From assembly GCA_963845565.1 (NCBI GenBank), contig CAWJSJ010000003.1, positions 95,148 through 159,147 on the forward strand: a stretch of 64,000 nt of DNA, read 5' to 3'. The notes beneath the pieces were generated by a model. The model was not told the origin of the DNA. It ran no database searches and saw only the letters and a list, made by a program, of their open reading frames with translations. Positions 34,117 through 44,169 of this stretch are shown in pieces (the stretch's first letter is position 1; each line of letters opens with the position of its first letter). The DNA is from an uncultured Methylomirabilota bacterium. GTDB taxonomy: Bacteria; Methylomirabilota; Methylomirabilia; Methylomirabilales; 2-02-FULL-66-22. Made by a program: the position numbers and the translations under genes.

Positions 34117-34259
34117 CAGGCTGCTCAAAAAGGTCCAGATGCAAGGCGGTTTGCCGGAGGTCGGGGTACCCAGTCGGCTGGGTCCAGACGTACTGGAGGT
34201 ACGTCGCAGCGAGTGCCGAGGCAAACCAACGCCGCAGATGGGCCTTTTTCAGCAGCCTG
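34117..34259. mobile_element. MITE-like element family B, copy 1
   Basis: Terminal IRs CAGGCTGCTCAAAAAGG..CCTTTTTCAGCAGCCTG; internal CAGATGCAAGGCGG and CCAACGCCGCAGATGG; abuts a TAA stop. Confidence 0.75.
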
Positions 34260-35036
34260 TTAGCTCGCCGCCAGTTCCTCGTTCCGGAGGTCGGTGATGA
34301 ACATGTGTCCCGGAGCGTGCGTCAGCATCAGCGACGGCTTCGCCTGCATGGCCACGGCCTGCGGAGTCACGCCGCAGGCCCAGAACACCGGCACCTCCCC
34401 GGGGCGAATCGTGACGGCGTCGCCGAAGTCGGGCGCCCGCAGGTCCCGGATGCCGATGTCCGCCGGGTCGCCGAGGTGGACGGGCGCCCCGTGGACGCCC
34501 GGATAACGCCCGCTGATCTGGACCGCCCGCGCCACCAGTGGTGCCGGGATCGGGCGCATCGTCACCACCAGGGGTCCGCGGAACACCCCGGCCGGTGCGC
34601 ACGGAATGTTGGTGATGAACATGGGCACGTTCCGGCCCTCGTCGATGTGCCGGACGGGCACGCCCGCCTGCAGTAGGGCCGACTCGAAGGTGAAACTGCA
34701 GCCCAGCAGGAACGACACGAAGTCCTCCTGCCACACCGACCGGAGGTCCGTCACCTCGCCGGCGAGGGCGCCCGCCCGGTACACACAGTACCGAGGAACA
34801 TCGGTGCGCAGATCGGCGCCGGGGGCGGACAGCTTCGGCTCGGGCGAGCCGACGTCCGTCACTTCGATCACCGGACAGGGTTTCGGGTTTCGCTGGGCAA
34901 ACAGCAGGAAGTCGAAGGCGAGGTCGCGGGGGAGAATCACCAGGTTCGCCTGGACGAAGCCGGGCGCGAGCCCCGCGGTCGGTCGTCGCCACTTCCCCTC
35001 GCGGATCTGCTGGCGCACCTCGCGCGGCTCGGCCAA
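34260..35036 (-). CDS. DUF1445 putative hydro-lyase (YcsI; D-glutamate cyclase N-terminal-like)
   Basis: [43 protein letters not shown]. Confidence 0.93.
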   Translation of the reverse strand: MAEPREVRQQIREGKWRRPTAGLAPGFVQANLVILPRDLAFDFLLFAQRNPKPCPVIEVTDVGSPEPKLSAPGADLRTDVPRYCVYRAGALAGEVTDLRSVWQEDFVSFLLGCSFTFESALLQAGVPVRHIDEGRNVPMFITNIPCAPAGVFRGPLVVTMRPIPAPLVARAVQISGRYPGVHGAPVHLGDPADIGIRDLRAPDFGDAVTIRPGEVPVFWACGVTPQAVAMQAKPSLMLTHAPGHMFITDLRNEELAAS

Positions 35037-35170
35037 AGACGCTCCCTCCGCAGTATCGAGACGACGTCACCCTGTGCGTGGTGGCCCTCTTTACACCAGG
35101 AATTGCGAGGAGTGTCAATACAAATCCCGGCCGGCGGAACCGGCCCGCCATGCCGCCGGTGCCCGGCCAC

Positions 35171-35677
35171 TCACAGCAGCGACGGCTGCCGCGGATCGTC
35201 GGGGTGGGGGCCGGGCGGGAGGTCCTGGTGTGCCAGCAGCGAGCCGTCCGCCAGGATGTGCCGGATGGAAACGCCCGCCGGAATGTTCGGGCAGATCAGC
35301 AAGCCGCGGTGGCAATTTCGCGGGTCTTTCTCAGCGCACAGGATCGCCGTCCGTTTGGCCGCCGCCTCCCGGAGCAGACGCTCGATCCCCGCCCGAAACC
35401 GATCGCCAGCGGCAATCAGCGCGTATCGCGCCTGGTCGTCCGCCGGGTACCCGGGCTCCTTCGGCTTGCCGCCCAGGGCGTCGCCCAGATACAGGTATCC
35501 GATGCCGTCTCCCTGCAACGCGGCGGCGAGCGTCTCGCGGTTGAATTGCGGGTTGAACCGGCTGTACGGCGTCGAGCGCACGTCGCAGACCAGTGCGATG
35601 CCATGGAGTCCCAACAACTCCAGGAGGCGTGCGATCGGATGATTCGAGTGGCCGATGGTGAAGAGTCCGTTGACCAT
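35171..35677 (-). CDS. DUF488 domain protein
   Basis: FTIGHSN, DVRSTP, LCAE..CHR. Confidence 0.88.
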   Translation of the reverse strand: MVNGLFTIGHSNHPIARLLELLGLHGIALVCDVRSTPYSRFNPQFNRETLAAALQGDGIGYLYLGDALGGKPKEPGYPADDQARYALIAAGDRFRAGIERLLREAAAKRTAILCAEKDPRNCHRGLLICPNIPAGVSIRHILADGSLLAHQDLPPGPHPDDPRQPSLL

Positions 35678-35701
35678 GGAAATCCCGCGAAAGACGCCGT
35701 G

Positions 35702-36985
35702 TCACCCGGCGGGTTCCGCCGCCCCCTGGCGGCGGCGCTGGACCAGCCGCGCGAACCGAAGGATCATCACCGGTCCGAGCAGCGCTCCGACGCCCGCCGT
35801 GCTCCACGCCAACCCCCAGGGGATGGTCGACGCGCCGCCGAACTGCTCGCGCCCGACATCCAGCGCGAGGCCGAACGCCACCGGACTGATGGCTCCCGTC
35901 GCAAAGCCCATCACCGACCGGACCGAGTACGCCGTACCCAGGCGGGACGCCGGCACCGCTTCGGCCAGCGCGGTCGAGTACACGGACGAATCCGCGATGG
36001 CGCAGAGGTTATACAGGGCACCCGCCGGCACCAGGAGCCAGAGCGGCCACGCCCACAGCCAGCCGAAGAGGAAGGAGCCGATCAGACTCAGGCTGCTCAG
36101 GATCAGCATCACGCGGCTGCGGCCCCAACGATCCGAGGCGCTTCCCCCGACGATGCTCCCCGCCGCGCCCAGCACGTGGGCCAGCCCGGCCACACCGATC
36201 CCCCAGGTCCCCCCGTGCCGGCCGGCGGAGTCGGCACCTGCCGCCGCGAGGAAGCTGGGGAGCCACGCCCACACCACGAACAGCTCCCAGCAGTGGCACG
36301 TGTAGGCCCAGTTGCAGGCCATGGCCCTGGAATCTCGCAGCGTCTCGACAATGGCCTGCCAGGGCCCGGCCGCGTCGCGCCCCCCGTCAGGAACCGGGTC
36401 GCGTAACCCTCGAAGTGCGATCCATCCGAGACCCGCCCCCACCACGACGGCACCTGCGGCAACCCCCAGGGCCGCGCGCCACGAGGCCAGCGCCGTGACG
36501 ACGGCGATCACGCCCAGCGCGGCGGCGTACCCGAGCGACGAGGCCGCCAGGAACCACCCCATGGCGCGGCCGCGGTCGCCGGGATCGATGTGCTGGTAGA
36601 TCAGGGCCAGCCCCGGCGTGTACGACCCACCGGAGCACAGCCCCGCGACACCGTACAGGACCAACGCGGACAGGTACCCGTGGCTTCCGACGGCAAAGGC
36701 CGCCGCCGCCAGCGCGGCGAGGATGCTGGAGACCAGGTAGGTGCGCCGTGCGCCGTAGCGGTCCGCCAGCATCCCGACGACAAACAGGGACACCAGATAG
36801 CCCAGGTGCCAGGCGCTCTGGATGGTGGCGGCCCGCGCCGCCGACATGCCCCAGGCGTCCCGGAGCAGCGGCATCACCCCGGCATACGCGTTGAAGATCA
36901 ACGAGAGCGCAAAGCGGCTGAGACACAGCCCCACCAGCCAGCGGGGCGTGGGCGACGTGGGGCGCGAGGGTGTGGACATTCCCAT
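35702..36985 (-). CDS. MFS transporter
   Basis: About 12 TM; GMLADRYGARR motif A; WEL motif. Confidence 0.9.
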   Translation of the reverse strand: MGMSTPSRPTSPTPRWLVGLCLSRFALSLIFNAYAGVMPLLRDAWGMSAARAATIQSAWHLGYLVSLFVVGMLADRYGARRTYLVSSILAALAAAAFAVGSHGYLSALVLYGVAGLCSGGSYTPGLALIYQHIDPGDRGRAMGWFLAASSLGYAAALGVIAVVTALASWRAALGVAAGAVVVGAGLGWIALRGLRDPVPDGGRDAAGPWQAIVETLRDSRAMACNWAYTCHCWELFVVWAWLPSFLAAAGADSAGRHGGTWGIGVAGLAHVLGAAGSIVGGSASDRWGRSRVMLILSSLSLIGSFLFGWLWAWPLWLLVPAGALYNLCAIADSSVYSTALAEAVPASRLGTAYSVRSVMGFATGAISPVAFGLALDVGREQFGGASTIPWGLAWSTAGVGALLGPVMILRFARLVQRRRQGAAEPAG

Positions 36986-37041
36986 ATCCGATGCGCGGCG
37001 ACCCGACACCGCGCGGACACATCTGCGGAGGGCCTCCCCGG

Positions 37042-37146
37042 TTAGGAGCCGTTACGAAATACCGTGTCCATTGTTTGCGATTTCGTTACGGCTCCTTATG
37101 CCGTTCCCGAATTTCTCTGGTCACGTTATTCTTTGACAACGGCTTA
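37042..37146. mobile_element. MITE-like element family A, copy 3 (divergent loops)
   Basis: Arms identical to copies 1-2, loops different; terminal TTA is the TAA stop of the upstream gene. Confidence 0.75.
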
Positions 37147-38163
37147 CTTCTTCACCGGCATGCTGCGCATGCGCGCCACCGTCTCGCGCTCGGCTCGTTG
37201 CAGCCGGAGCGGCGGCAGTCCTTTCAAGATCTGCGCGAGGTCGTCCACCAGCATCTCCCCCATCAGGCGATACGCGCTCGACAGGCTGCCCGCCCGGTGT
37301 GCGGACAGGATGACATTGTCGAGGGTTCGCAGCGGGTGGCGCTTCGGAAACGGCTCCTGGGGAAACACGTCCACGGCCGCGCGGATGTCTCCCGTCCGGA
37401 CCTTGGCGGTCAGCGCGTCGAAATCCACCAGTGAGGCCCGGCTCACCAGCACCAGACAGGCGCCATGCGGCATCCGCTCGAGTTGCCGCATGCCGATCAT
37501 GGCCTGGTTCTCCGCCGTGGCGCCGGCGAGGACGAAGAGCACGCGGGACGTCGTCAGCACGTCGTCCAGCGACGAGGGGATCATCCCGAACTCGGCCAGC
37601 CAGCGCGGCGGGAGCCACGGGTCATACACGCGGACGCGGCTCCGAAACGGCTCCAGCAGCCTGATCAGCGCCCTCCCCAGGTTGCCGAACCCGACGAATC
37701 CGATCTCGGCGCCCGAGATCAGGAACGCGTCCTGGTTCGAGAACCGGCCGTACACTTCTTTTCCCTTTCGGAACTGTCGGTCGGCGTAGGGGATCCCGCG
37801 GGCCAGGGCCAGCGCCATCCCCAGGGCCATCTCCGCCACGGCTTTCCCGAAGGCCACGCCGACCCCCAGGACGTGAATCCCGCGCTCGAAGCAGTACTCG
37901 TAGTCCACGTTGGGCTGGAAGTTGCCCTCCACGTTGATGATCGCCTTCAACGCGGGGGCCCGCTCCAGCCGCTCACGCGGCAGGTCGGTCTGCCCAAGGA
38001 CGACGGCCGTTTCCGACAGATGCTTTTCCAGCATCGCCTCGGGCATCCGGCTGCCTTCCCACACGACCGGGTTGACCAACGCCTTGAAGCGCCTGAGGTC
38101 GCTCGGGTCGAAGAGCATCTCCAGAGTTCGGGGATGCGGGTCCACCAGAACCTTCGGTTTCAT
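37144..38163 (-). CDS. D-2-hydroxyacid dehydrogenase family protein
   Basis: GFGNLG, SRA, DVFPQEP, SAHRAG. Confidence 0.9.
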   Translation of the reverse strand: MKPKVLVDPHPRTLEMLFDPSDLRRFKALVNPVVWEGSRMPEAMLEKHLSETAVVLGQTDLPRERLERAPALKAIINVEGNFQPNVDYEYCFERGIHVLGVGVAFGKAVAEMALGMALALARGIPYADRQFRKGKEVYGRFSNQDAFLISGAEIGFVGFGNLGRALIRLLEPFRSRVRVYDPWLPPRWLAEFGMIPSSLDDVLTTSRVLFVLAGATAENQAMIGMRQLERMPHGACLVLVSRASLVDFDALTAKVRTGDIRAAVDVFPQEPFPKRHPLRTLDNVILSAHRAGSLSSAYRLMGEMLVDDLAQILKGLPPLRLQRAERETVARMRSMPVKK

Positions 38164-38243
38164 GGAACCCTCCTGTCACCGCGCGAGTGAGTGACGAATG
38201 GGGCGCCCGCCTGCCGGCGGCGGGATCTCGAAGGGGCGATCGC

Positions 38244-39497
38244 TCACGCCACCCCGCAATACTCGCAGATCGTCATGGCCAGCGCCCGCGCCGCCGTCTC
38301 CACCTCGGAGAGCGCGACATGCTCGTCCGTGAAGTGGGCCAGTCGGATGTCCCCGGGACCGAAGAGCACGCCGGGGACACCGAAGGTGTTGGTGAATAGC
38401 CGGAGATCGGACCCGTACGTTGCGCCGCAGACGCGGGCCGGACGGCCCAGCACGTCGGTCGCCGCGCGCTGCAGCGCACGCACCACGGGATGGTCCGGCG
38501 ACGGACGACTCGGCTCCCAGACACCCCCGATCCACTCGACCGTTGGCGGGTGCTCCCTCAGCCACGGATCGGTGGTCGCCGCCCGCGCCACCGCCGCTTC
38601 GAGTTGCCGCCGGACGTCGACGACCCGCTCCCCGATCCCCACGCCGATTCGCCCCTCCGCCACCAACCGTTCGGGCACGATCGCCGGCCAGATTCCGGCT
38701 TGCACGATCCCGATGCTGAGCGGCCAGGGCAGCGCCGTCCCCTCGTAGAGCGGATGTCGCACCGTCCGGTTCCGGTCCTCCTCCAGCGCCTTGAGCGCCG
38801 TATGGATCGGCAGGAAGCGCTCGAAGGCGCTCACCCCTTCCGCCCGCACACAGCCGTGCGCCGCCCGTCCCGGAACCGTGATGCGGAAGATCGTGACCCC
38901 CGCGTGCACGGGGATCACGGCGAGTTGGGTCGGCTCGCAGATGACCACCGCGTCGCCGGTGTGGCCCCGCCGCAGCGCGGCGAAGGCGCCGACGCCGCCG
39001 TCCTCCTCGCCGATGACGCTCTGCACCTGAACCGTGCCCTTCAGCCGCACCCCGGCCATCCGGACTGCGCGTACCGCGGCCAGGATCGCCGCCAGGCCGC
39101 CCTTCATGTCTGCGGCGCCCCGGCCGTACAGGAAATCGCCGACCACCTCGGCGCCGAACGGCGGGTGGGCCCACCGGCCCTCGTCTCCCGGGGTCACCGT
39201 GTCGATGTGCCCATTCAGAACCAGGGTCGGGCCGCCGCCCGTCCCGGCGAATCGCGCCACCACATTCAGCCGCGGCGAGGTCACCCGCGCACCGGGATAG
39301 TCCGCCTCACCCTGCAGCGCCTCGGGCTCGACCCGCCAGCGATCCACCTCGCCGCCCAACTCGCCCAGCGTACGCGCAACCCACTCCTGGGCCGCGTCCT
39401 CGTTCCCAGTCACACTCGGGATACGCACCAACGCCTCCAGCGTTTCCGTCAGCCAGGTCCGATGTACCTGGCGGGCCAACTCGCCCGCAATCGTCAT
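38244..39497 (-). CDS. M20 ArgE/DapE-family deacylase
   Basis: NGHIDTV, GRGAADMKGG, EE, EPT, AH..DE. Confidence 0.92.
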   Translation of the reverse strand: MTIAGELARQVHRTWLTETLEALVRIPSVTGNEDAAQEWVARTLGELGGEVDRWRVEPEALQGEADYPGARVTSPRLNVVARFAGTGGGPTLVLNGHIDTVTPGDEGRWAHPPFGAEVVGDFLYGRGAADMKGGLAAILAAVRAVRMAGVRLKGTVQVQSVIGEEDGGVGAFAALRRGHTGDAVVICEPTQLAVIPVHAGVTIFRITVPGRAAHGCVRAEGVSAFERFLPIHTALKALEEDRNRTVRHPLYEGTALPWPLSIGIVQAGIWPAIVPERLVAEGRIGVGIGERVVDVRRQLEAAVARAATTDPWLREHPPTVEWIGGVWEPSRPSPDHPVVRALQRAATDVLGRPARVCGATYGSDLRLFTNTFGVPGVLFGPGDIRLAHFTDEHVALSEVETAARALAMTICEYCGVA

Positions 39498-39582
39498 GGT
39501 CGGCCTCCTTGAAATTGTCTCGCACCGCCGGTCCCCGCGGGGACCGGCGATAGGAACGGCTTCCGGATAACCCCGACCCAGG

Positions 39583-39875
39583 CAGGCCGCTCAAAACGGT
39601 CCAGATGCAAGGCGGCACGCAAAGGGCCGAGTGAGGCGTACTCCAGATACGCCGCAACGAGTGCCCGAGCGCGCCAACGCCGCAGATGGGCCGTTTTCAG
39701 CCGTAAGACGCGCGCCGGTCTCGTCGACGATCGAACGACCCGTTATCGAGCAGGCCGCTCAAAACGGTCCAGATGCAAGGCGGCACTCGCAGAGCCGAGT
39801 GAGGCGTACTCCAGGTACGCCGCAACGAGTGCTCCAGAGCGCCAACGCCGCAGATGGGCCGTTTTCAGCGGCCTG
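39583..39875. mobile_element. Two tandem MITE family B copies (39583-39701 truncated; 39751-39875 complete)
   Basis: CAGGCCGCTCAAAACGG..CCGTTTTCAGCGGCCTG; second copy abuts the hisG TGA. Confidence 0.75.
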
Positions 39876-40751
39876 TCAGTAGATCAACTTGTTCAGCGGA
39901 TACTCGACGATACCCTCCGCCCCCGCCTTCTTCAGCTTGGGGATCAGGCTCCGGGCGACCTGCTTGTCGATGATCACCTCGAGGGCCACCCATTCCGGGT
40001 CGACCTGGCTGGAGATGGTGGGCGTGTGGAGCGACGGGAGCTGGCCCGACACCTGGTCCAACTTCGCCCGCGGGACGTTCATCTTCAACCCCACCTTTCC
40101 TTCTGCCTCCAGCGCCCCCTTGAGCAGTGTGGCCAGCACCTCGATCCGCTCCCGCTTCCAGGGATCCGCCCAGGCCTGGCGGCTGGCGATGAGCTTGGTC
40201 GTCGATTCCGCCACCGTGTCGATGATCCGCAGATGATTGGCGCGCAACGACGCACCCGTCTCCGTCCCTTCGACGATGGCGTCCACGAGCAGGGGGGCCT
40301 TGATCTCCGTGGCACCCCACGAGTACTCCACCTCGGCCGCGACGCCGTTCTGTTTGAGGTATCGCTTGGTCGCGTGCACCAACTCGGTGGCGATCCGCTT
40401 CCCCTCCAGATCCTTCACGCTCTGGATGCCGGAGGCTTCCGGCACCGCCAGGACCCACCGGTAGGCCTGCGTCGTGTTCTTGCTGTACACCAGATCCTCG
40501 ACCTCCACCACGTCCGCCTCGTTCTCGAGGATCCAATCCTTCCCCGTCAGGCCGACGTCCAGCACGCCTCGTTCCACGAACCGGGCCATCTCCTGGGCGC
40601 GGAACATCAGGCATTCGATCTCCGGATCGTCGATCACGGGGATGTAGGAGCGGTCCCGCACCAGGATCTTGTACCCGGCCTTCTCGAAGAGATCGATCGT
40701 GGACTTCTGGAGGCTTCCCTTCGGCAATCCCAGCTTCAGCACGTTCTTCAT
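39876..40751 (-). CDS. hisG: ATP phosphoribosyltransferase (long form)
   Basis: [33 protein letters not shown]-terminal regulatory domain. Confidence 0.96.
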   Translation of the reverse strand: MKNVLKLGLPKGSLQKSTIDLFEKAGYKILVRDRSYIPVIDDPEIECLMFRAQEMARFVERGVLDVGLTGKDWILENEADVVEVEDLVYSKNTTQAYRWVLAVPEASGIQSVKDLEGKRIATELVHATKRYLKQNGVAAEVEYSWGATEIKAPLLVDAIVEGTETGASLRANHLRIIDTVAESTTKLIASRQAWADPWKRERIEVLATLLKGALEAEGKVGLKMNVPRAKLDQVSGQLPSLHTPTISSQVDPEWVALEVIIDKQVARSLIPKLKKAGAEGIVEYPLNKLIY

Positions 40752-40974
40752 CAGGCGCGCGTTCCTTTCCGTGTCTCCCGACCCCGATCCCCCGTCGCTG
40801 TCCCTGTCCCTGTCGCGGCGCCGGAACGCTATCACCGCAGCCGCCATTGTCAAGAGGAATTGCCGACGCCGGGCGGACCTCCAACGCGTGAAAGGCATTG
40901 GCCGCAGCCGGATTTCGTGGTAATTTCACGGACCTCGTTCACCGATAGAATCCAGTCCCCCGACGGAAGGACGT

Positions 40975-41784
40975 ATGAATCGCCAAGCGCTCTTGAAGCT
41001 CCTGAGACACGTTCGCACCGACAAGATCACGCCCGAAAAGGCGGCGGAGCAACTCCGCCATTTGCCCTACGAGGACATGGGCTTCGCTCGGATGGATAAC
41101 CATCGGGCTTTGCGCCAGGGATTCCCGGAGGTGATCTTCTGCGAAGGGAAGACGGTCGAGCAAGTCGCCGCCATCGCGGAGCGCATCGTGGAACGCCACG
41201 GCACCCTCCTCGCGACCCGCGCCACCGCCGAGATGTTCGCTGCCGTGAGGGCTTCCGCTCCGCGTGCCGTGTATCATCCTCTGAGCCGCGCCATCGTCGT
41301 CACGGCGCCGCGACCGCCGCGTCCGGTGGGCCGGGTGCTGGTCGTCTCCGCGGGCACCTCGGACATTCCGGTGGCCGAAGAGTCCGCCGTGACCGCGGCA
41401 ATTCTCGGGAGTCGCGTGGAGACGCGATACGACGTGGGCGTCGCGGGGTTGCACCGGATCCTGGATGCTCGGGAAGCCCTGGAAGCCGCCAACGTCATCG
41501 TGGTGGCGGCCGGCATGGACGGCGTCCTGCCGTCCGTGGTGGGCGGCCTGGTCGCCAAGCCCGTGGTCGCCGTCCCGACCAGTGTCGGATACGGGGCGAG
41601 TTTCCACGGCCTCGCCGCGCTCCTCACGATGCTCAATTCCTGCGCCGCCGGGGTGGCGGTCGTGAACATCGACAACGGCTTCGGCGCCGGCGTCCTGGCG
41701 CACCGGATCAATGCGTTGGGTGCGAAAGGCCGAGCCGCGAGACCGCGCAGCCGCGACAAGACGCTTCGCAAGCGCCGGGGATAG
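40975..41784 (+). CDS. larB: Nickel-pincer cofactor biosynthesis protein LarB
   Basis: AGTSDIPVAEE, DVGVAGLHR, PTSVGYG, VNIDNGFGA. Confidence 0.94.
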   Translation: MNRQALLKLLRHVRTDKITPEKAAEQLRHLPYEDMGFARMDNHRALRQGFPEVIFCEGKTVEQVAAIAERIVERHGTLLATRATAEMFAAVRASAPRAVYHPLSRAIVVTAPRPPRPVGRVLVVSAGTSDIPVAEESAVTAAILGSRVETRYDVGVAGLHRILDAREALEAANVIVVAAGMDGVLPSVVGGLVAKPVVAVPTSVGYGASFHGLAALLTMLNSCAAGVAVVNIDNGFGAGVLAHRINALGAKGRAARPRSRDKTLRKRRG

Positions 41785-41795
41785 GAACGAATCGC

Positions 41796-42998
41796 ATGCG
41801 TATCGGATACTTCGACTGCTTCAGCGGCTGCAGCGGGGACATGATTCTCGGCGCCCTCGTGGACGCCGGGCTCCCGCTGGCAGAACTTCAGGCGGCGATC
41901 GACGGCCTCCAGGTTTCGGGTATCACGTTGCGCGGCGAAACGGTCAAGCGGGGCGCGTTCCGCGGGACCCTCGTCCGGGTGGAGACGGAAGAGCACGGTC
42001 ATCCCCATCGCCATTTGGCCGACATCCTGAGAATCCTGGACGCCGCCGAGATCCCCGCAGACGTGCGCGCGGACGCCACCCGGATTTTCCAGCGTCTCGC
42101 CGAGGCCGAGGCCGCGGCACATGGCGTCCACATCGAGAAGATCCACTTCCACGAGGTGGGCGCCCTGGACGCCATCGCCGACATCGTCGGGGCCGCCTGG
42201 GGCATCCGGCGGCTGGGCCTCGCAGCAATCTACGTCTCCCCCATCAACCTGGGGAGCGGCTTCGTGAAGGGGGCGCACGGGACCATGCCGGTTCCCGCCC
42301 CGGGAACCGCCGCCCTGCTCGCCGGGTTCCCGGCTTACGGCAGTGAGACCCCGATGGAGCTGACGACACCCACCGGGGCCGCCATCCTCACCTCGCTGGC
42401 CAGCGGCCACGGCCCCATGCCCGCCATGACGGTCGAGCGGACCGCGTACGGCGCCGGCCAGCGCGACCTCGGAACACACCCCAATTTGCTCCGCCTGATC
42501 GTTGGGGAGTCGGCGGCGCGGCACGAGCGGGATCAGGTCGCGGTGCTCGAGGCGAACATCGACGACATGAATCCCCAGTTCTTCGAGCCGCTCCTGGAGC
42601 GCCTCTTCGAGGCCGGAGCGTTGGACGCGTTTCTCTCGCCGCTCCTCATGAAGAAGTCGCGGCCGGCCTCACTCCTCACGGTCCTGGCGGAACCGGAACA
42701 CGCGGAAAGGCTGGTCGCCCTCATCCTGGGCCACACGACGACCTTCGGCGTCCGCACCTACACCGCCAGCCGATGGAAGCGGTCCCGGGACTTCGTCACC
42801 GTCGCGACGCCGTATGGCCAGGTCCGCATCAAGCGCGGCCTCGACGGGGGCCGGGTGACGATCCTCTCGCCGGAATTCGAGGACTGCCGTCGCCTGGCGA
42901 AGGTCGCCGGCGTCTCGGTTCAAGCCGTGTACGAGGCGGCGAAGCGTGCCGCCCACGAGGCGGAGTCCACCCACCCCCCCGCGGAGACCACGAAATGA
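41796..42998 (+). CDS. larC: Nickel insertion protein LarC
   Basis: DCFSGCSGDMILGAL, HFHEVGALD, EANIDD, PEFED. Confidence 0.94.
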   Translation: MRIGYFDCFSGCSGDMILGALVDAGLPLAELQAAIDGLQVSGITLRGETVKRGAFRGTLVRVETEEHGHPHRHLADILRILDAAEIPADVRADATRIFQRLAEAEAAAHGVHIEKIHFHEVGALDAIADIVGAAWGIRRLGLAAIYVSPINLGSGFVKGAHGTMPVPAPGTAALLAGFPAYGSETPMELTTPTGAAILTSLASGHGPMPAMTVERTAYGAGQRDLGTHPNLLRLIVGESAARHERDQVAVLEANIDDMNPQFFEPLLERLFEAGALDAFLSPLLMKKSRPASLLTVLAEPEHAERLVALILGHTTTFGVRTYTASRWKRSRDFVTVATPYGQVRIKRGLDGGRVTILSPEFEDCRRLAKVAGVSVQAVYEAAKRAAHEAESTHPPAETTK

Positions 42999-43879
42999 CC
43001 TTGGAACGGATTGTCGGGCCGGCGCACTATGTCGCCGGCCGCGTGAACATCGGCGTGATCGTCGGGGACGGGCAGGCCGCCTTCATCGACAGCGGCCTGG
43101 ACGAGGGCGCAGCCCGCAAGGCCGTCCAGGCGGTCGAGCAGGCCGGGCTTCGCGGCGTGGCTCTGATCAACACCCACGCCCACGCCGATCACTGCGGCGG
43201 GAACGCCTTTCTGAAGAAGCGCACGGGCGCCACCGTCTATGCCCCGGCCATCGAGGCGGCGCTCGTCCAGCACCCCGAGATCGAGCCGTTCTACCTCTTC
43301 GGTGCCGCCCCGTTTCCGGCCATCGACACCAAATGGTTCCATGCCACGCCATCTCTGGTGGACCAGATCCTCGGGACGACGCTCGCCGTCTGCGGTTTGG
43401 ACCTGGAGATCCTCCCCACGCCGGGTCATTCCATCAACCAGGTGGCCGTCCTGACGGCGGACGCGGCGTTCCTCGGCGACGCCGTCGTGGCGCCGGCGCT
43501 CCTGGAGCGGTATCCCATCCAGTACTGCTACGACGTCCCCGCCCACCGGGCCACGCTGGAGCGACTCGCCGGACTGCGGAAGGCCTGGTACGTCGGCGCC
43601 CACTTCCCACCGACGCAGGATATGGAGGGGCTCGTCGCCGCCAACCGGCGGAATCTGGAGCGGACGGCGGATGCCGTCCTGGCCGCCGTGGCGCCCGCCT
43701 CCACCACCGAGGATGTCATCGCGGGGGCCACAGAGGCGCTGGGCGTCCTGAGCATGGACGCCTCCGCCTACCTCCTCAACGCCGCCGCGATCAAGGCCCA
43801 TCTCTCCGCCCACGTACGCGACGGCCGCCTGGTCTTCGACATCCACGACCGCCGCCCCCTCTGGCGGCGCCCGGCGTAG
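42995..43879 (+). CDS. MBL-fold metallo-hydrolase
   Basis: THAHADHCGG, PGHS; ATGA overlap with larC. Confidence 0.88.
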   Translation: MTLERIVGPAHYVAGRVNIGVIVGDGQAAFIDSGLDEGAARKAVQAVEQAGLRGVALINTHAHADHCGGNAFLKKRTGATVYAPAIEAALVQHPEIEPFYLFGAAPFPAIDTKWFHATPSLVDQILGTTLAVCGLDLEILPTPGHSINQVAVLTADAAFLGDAVVAPALLERYPIQYCYDVPAHRATLERLAGLRKAWYVGAHFPPTQDMEGLVAANRRNLERTADAVLAAVAPASTTEDVIAGATEALGVLSMDASAYLLNAAAIKAHLSAHVRDGRLVFDIHDRRPLWRRPA

Positions 43880-43915
43880 GGCGACTCGACCACGAGCGGC
43901 GCTAGCCGCACGGGA

Positions 43916-43990
43916 GCCAAAAAAACACGCAGGGCCTCGGAGACCCCCGAGGCCTTGCGTGTATCGCTTCGAACCCGAGTCCCAGTCTTG
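43916..43990. repeat. Imperfect direct repeat (left copy) containing a minus-strand terminator
   Basis: GCCAAAAAA..GGCCTCGGAGACCCCCGAGGCCTTGCGTG..CGCTTCGAA; recurs at 57569-57640. Confidence 0.7.
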
Positions 43991-44169
43991 AGGGTGATTT
44001 ATTCTCACCAATCAACGGGTATGGATCCCAAGGCAAGCCCTGGACCTCGTTCCGCGGCAGCCCGCGGGGTATCGCCCGTCAACGAATTGGTTATGTCATT
44101 TCATCCAGAAACCCAATGGCGGTTCATTATCGGCGCAAAGACTACATGGAGTTTCGTCCCGGGGTAGGA

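Noticed and set aside
19356..39875. CRISPR array from the repeated elements
   Set aside because: Copies are dispersed, >100 bp long, lack regular spacers, and no cas genes are present.
43960..43990. tRNA or tmRNA 3' fragment (GGTTCGAA) as att site
   Set aside because: T-stem does not close, and there is no acceptor arm or CCA.
44000..44165. Fluoride riboswitch or small ORF in the lower-GC patch
   Set aside because: No GGCGATGG..TTCGCC core and no recognisable protein; treated as junction remnant.
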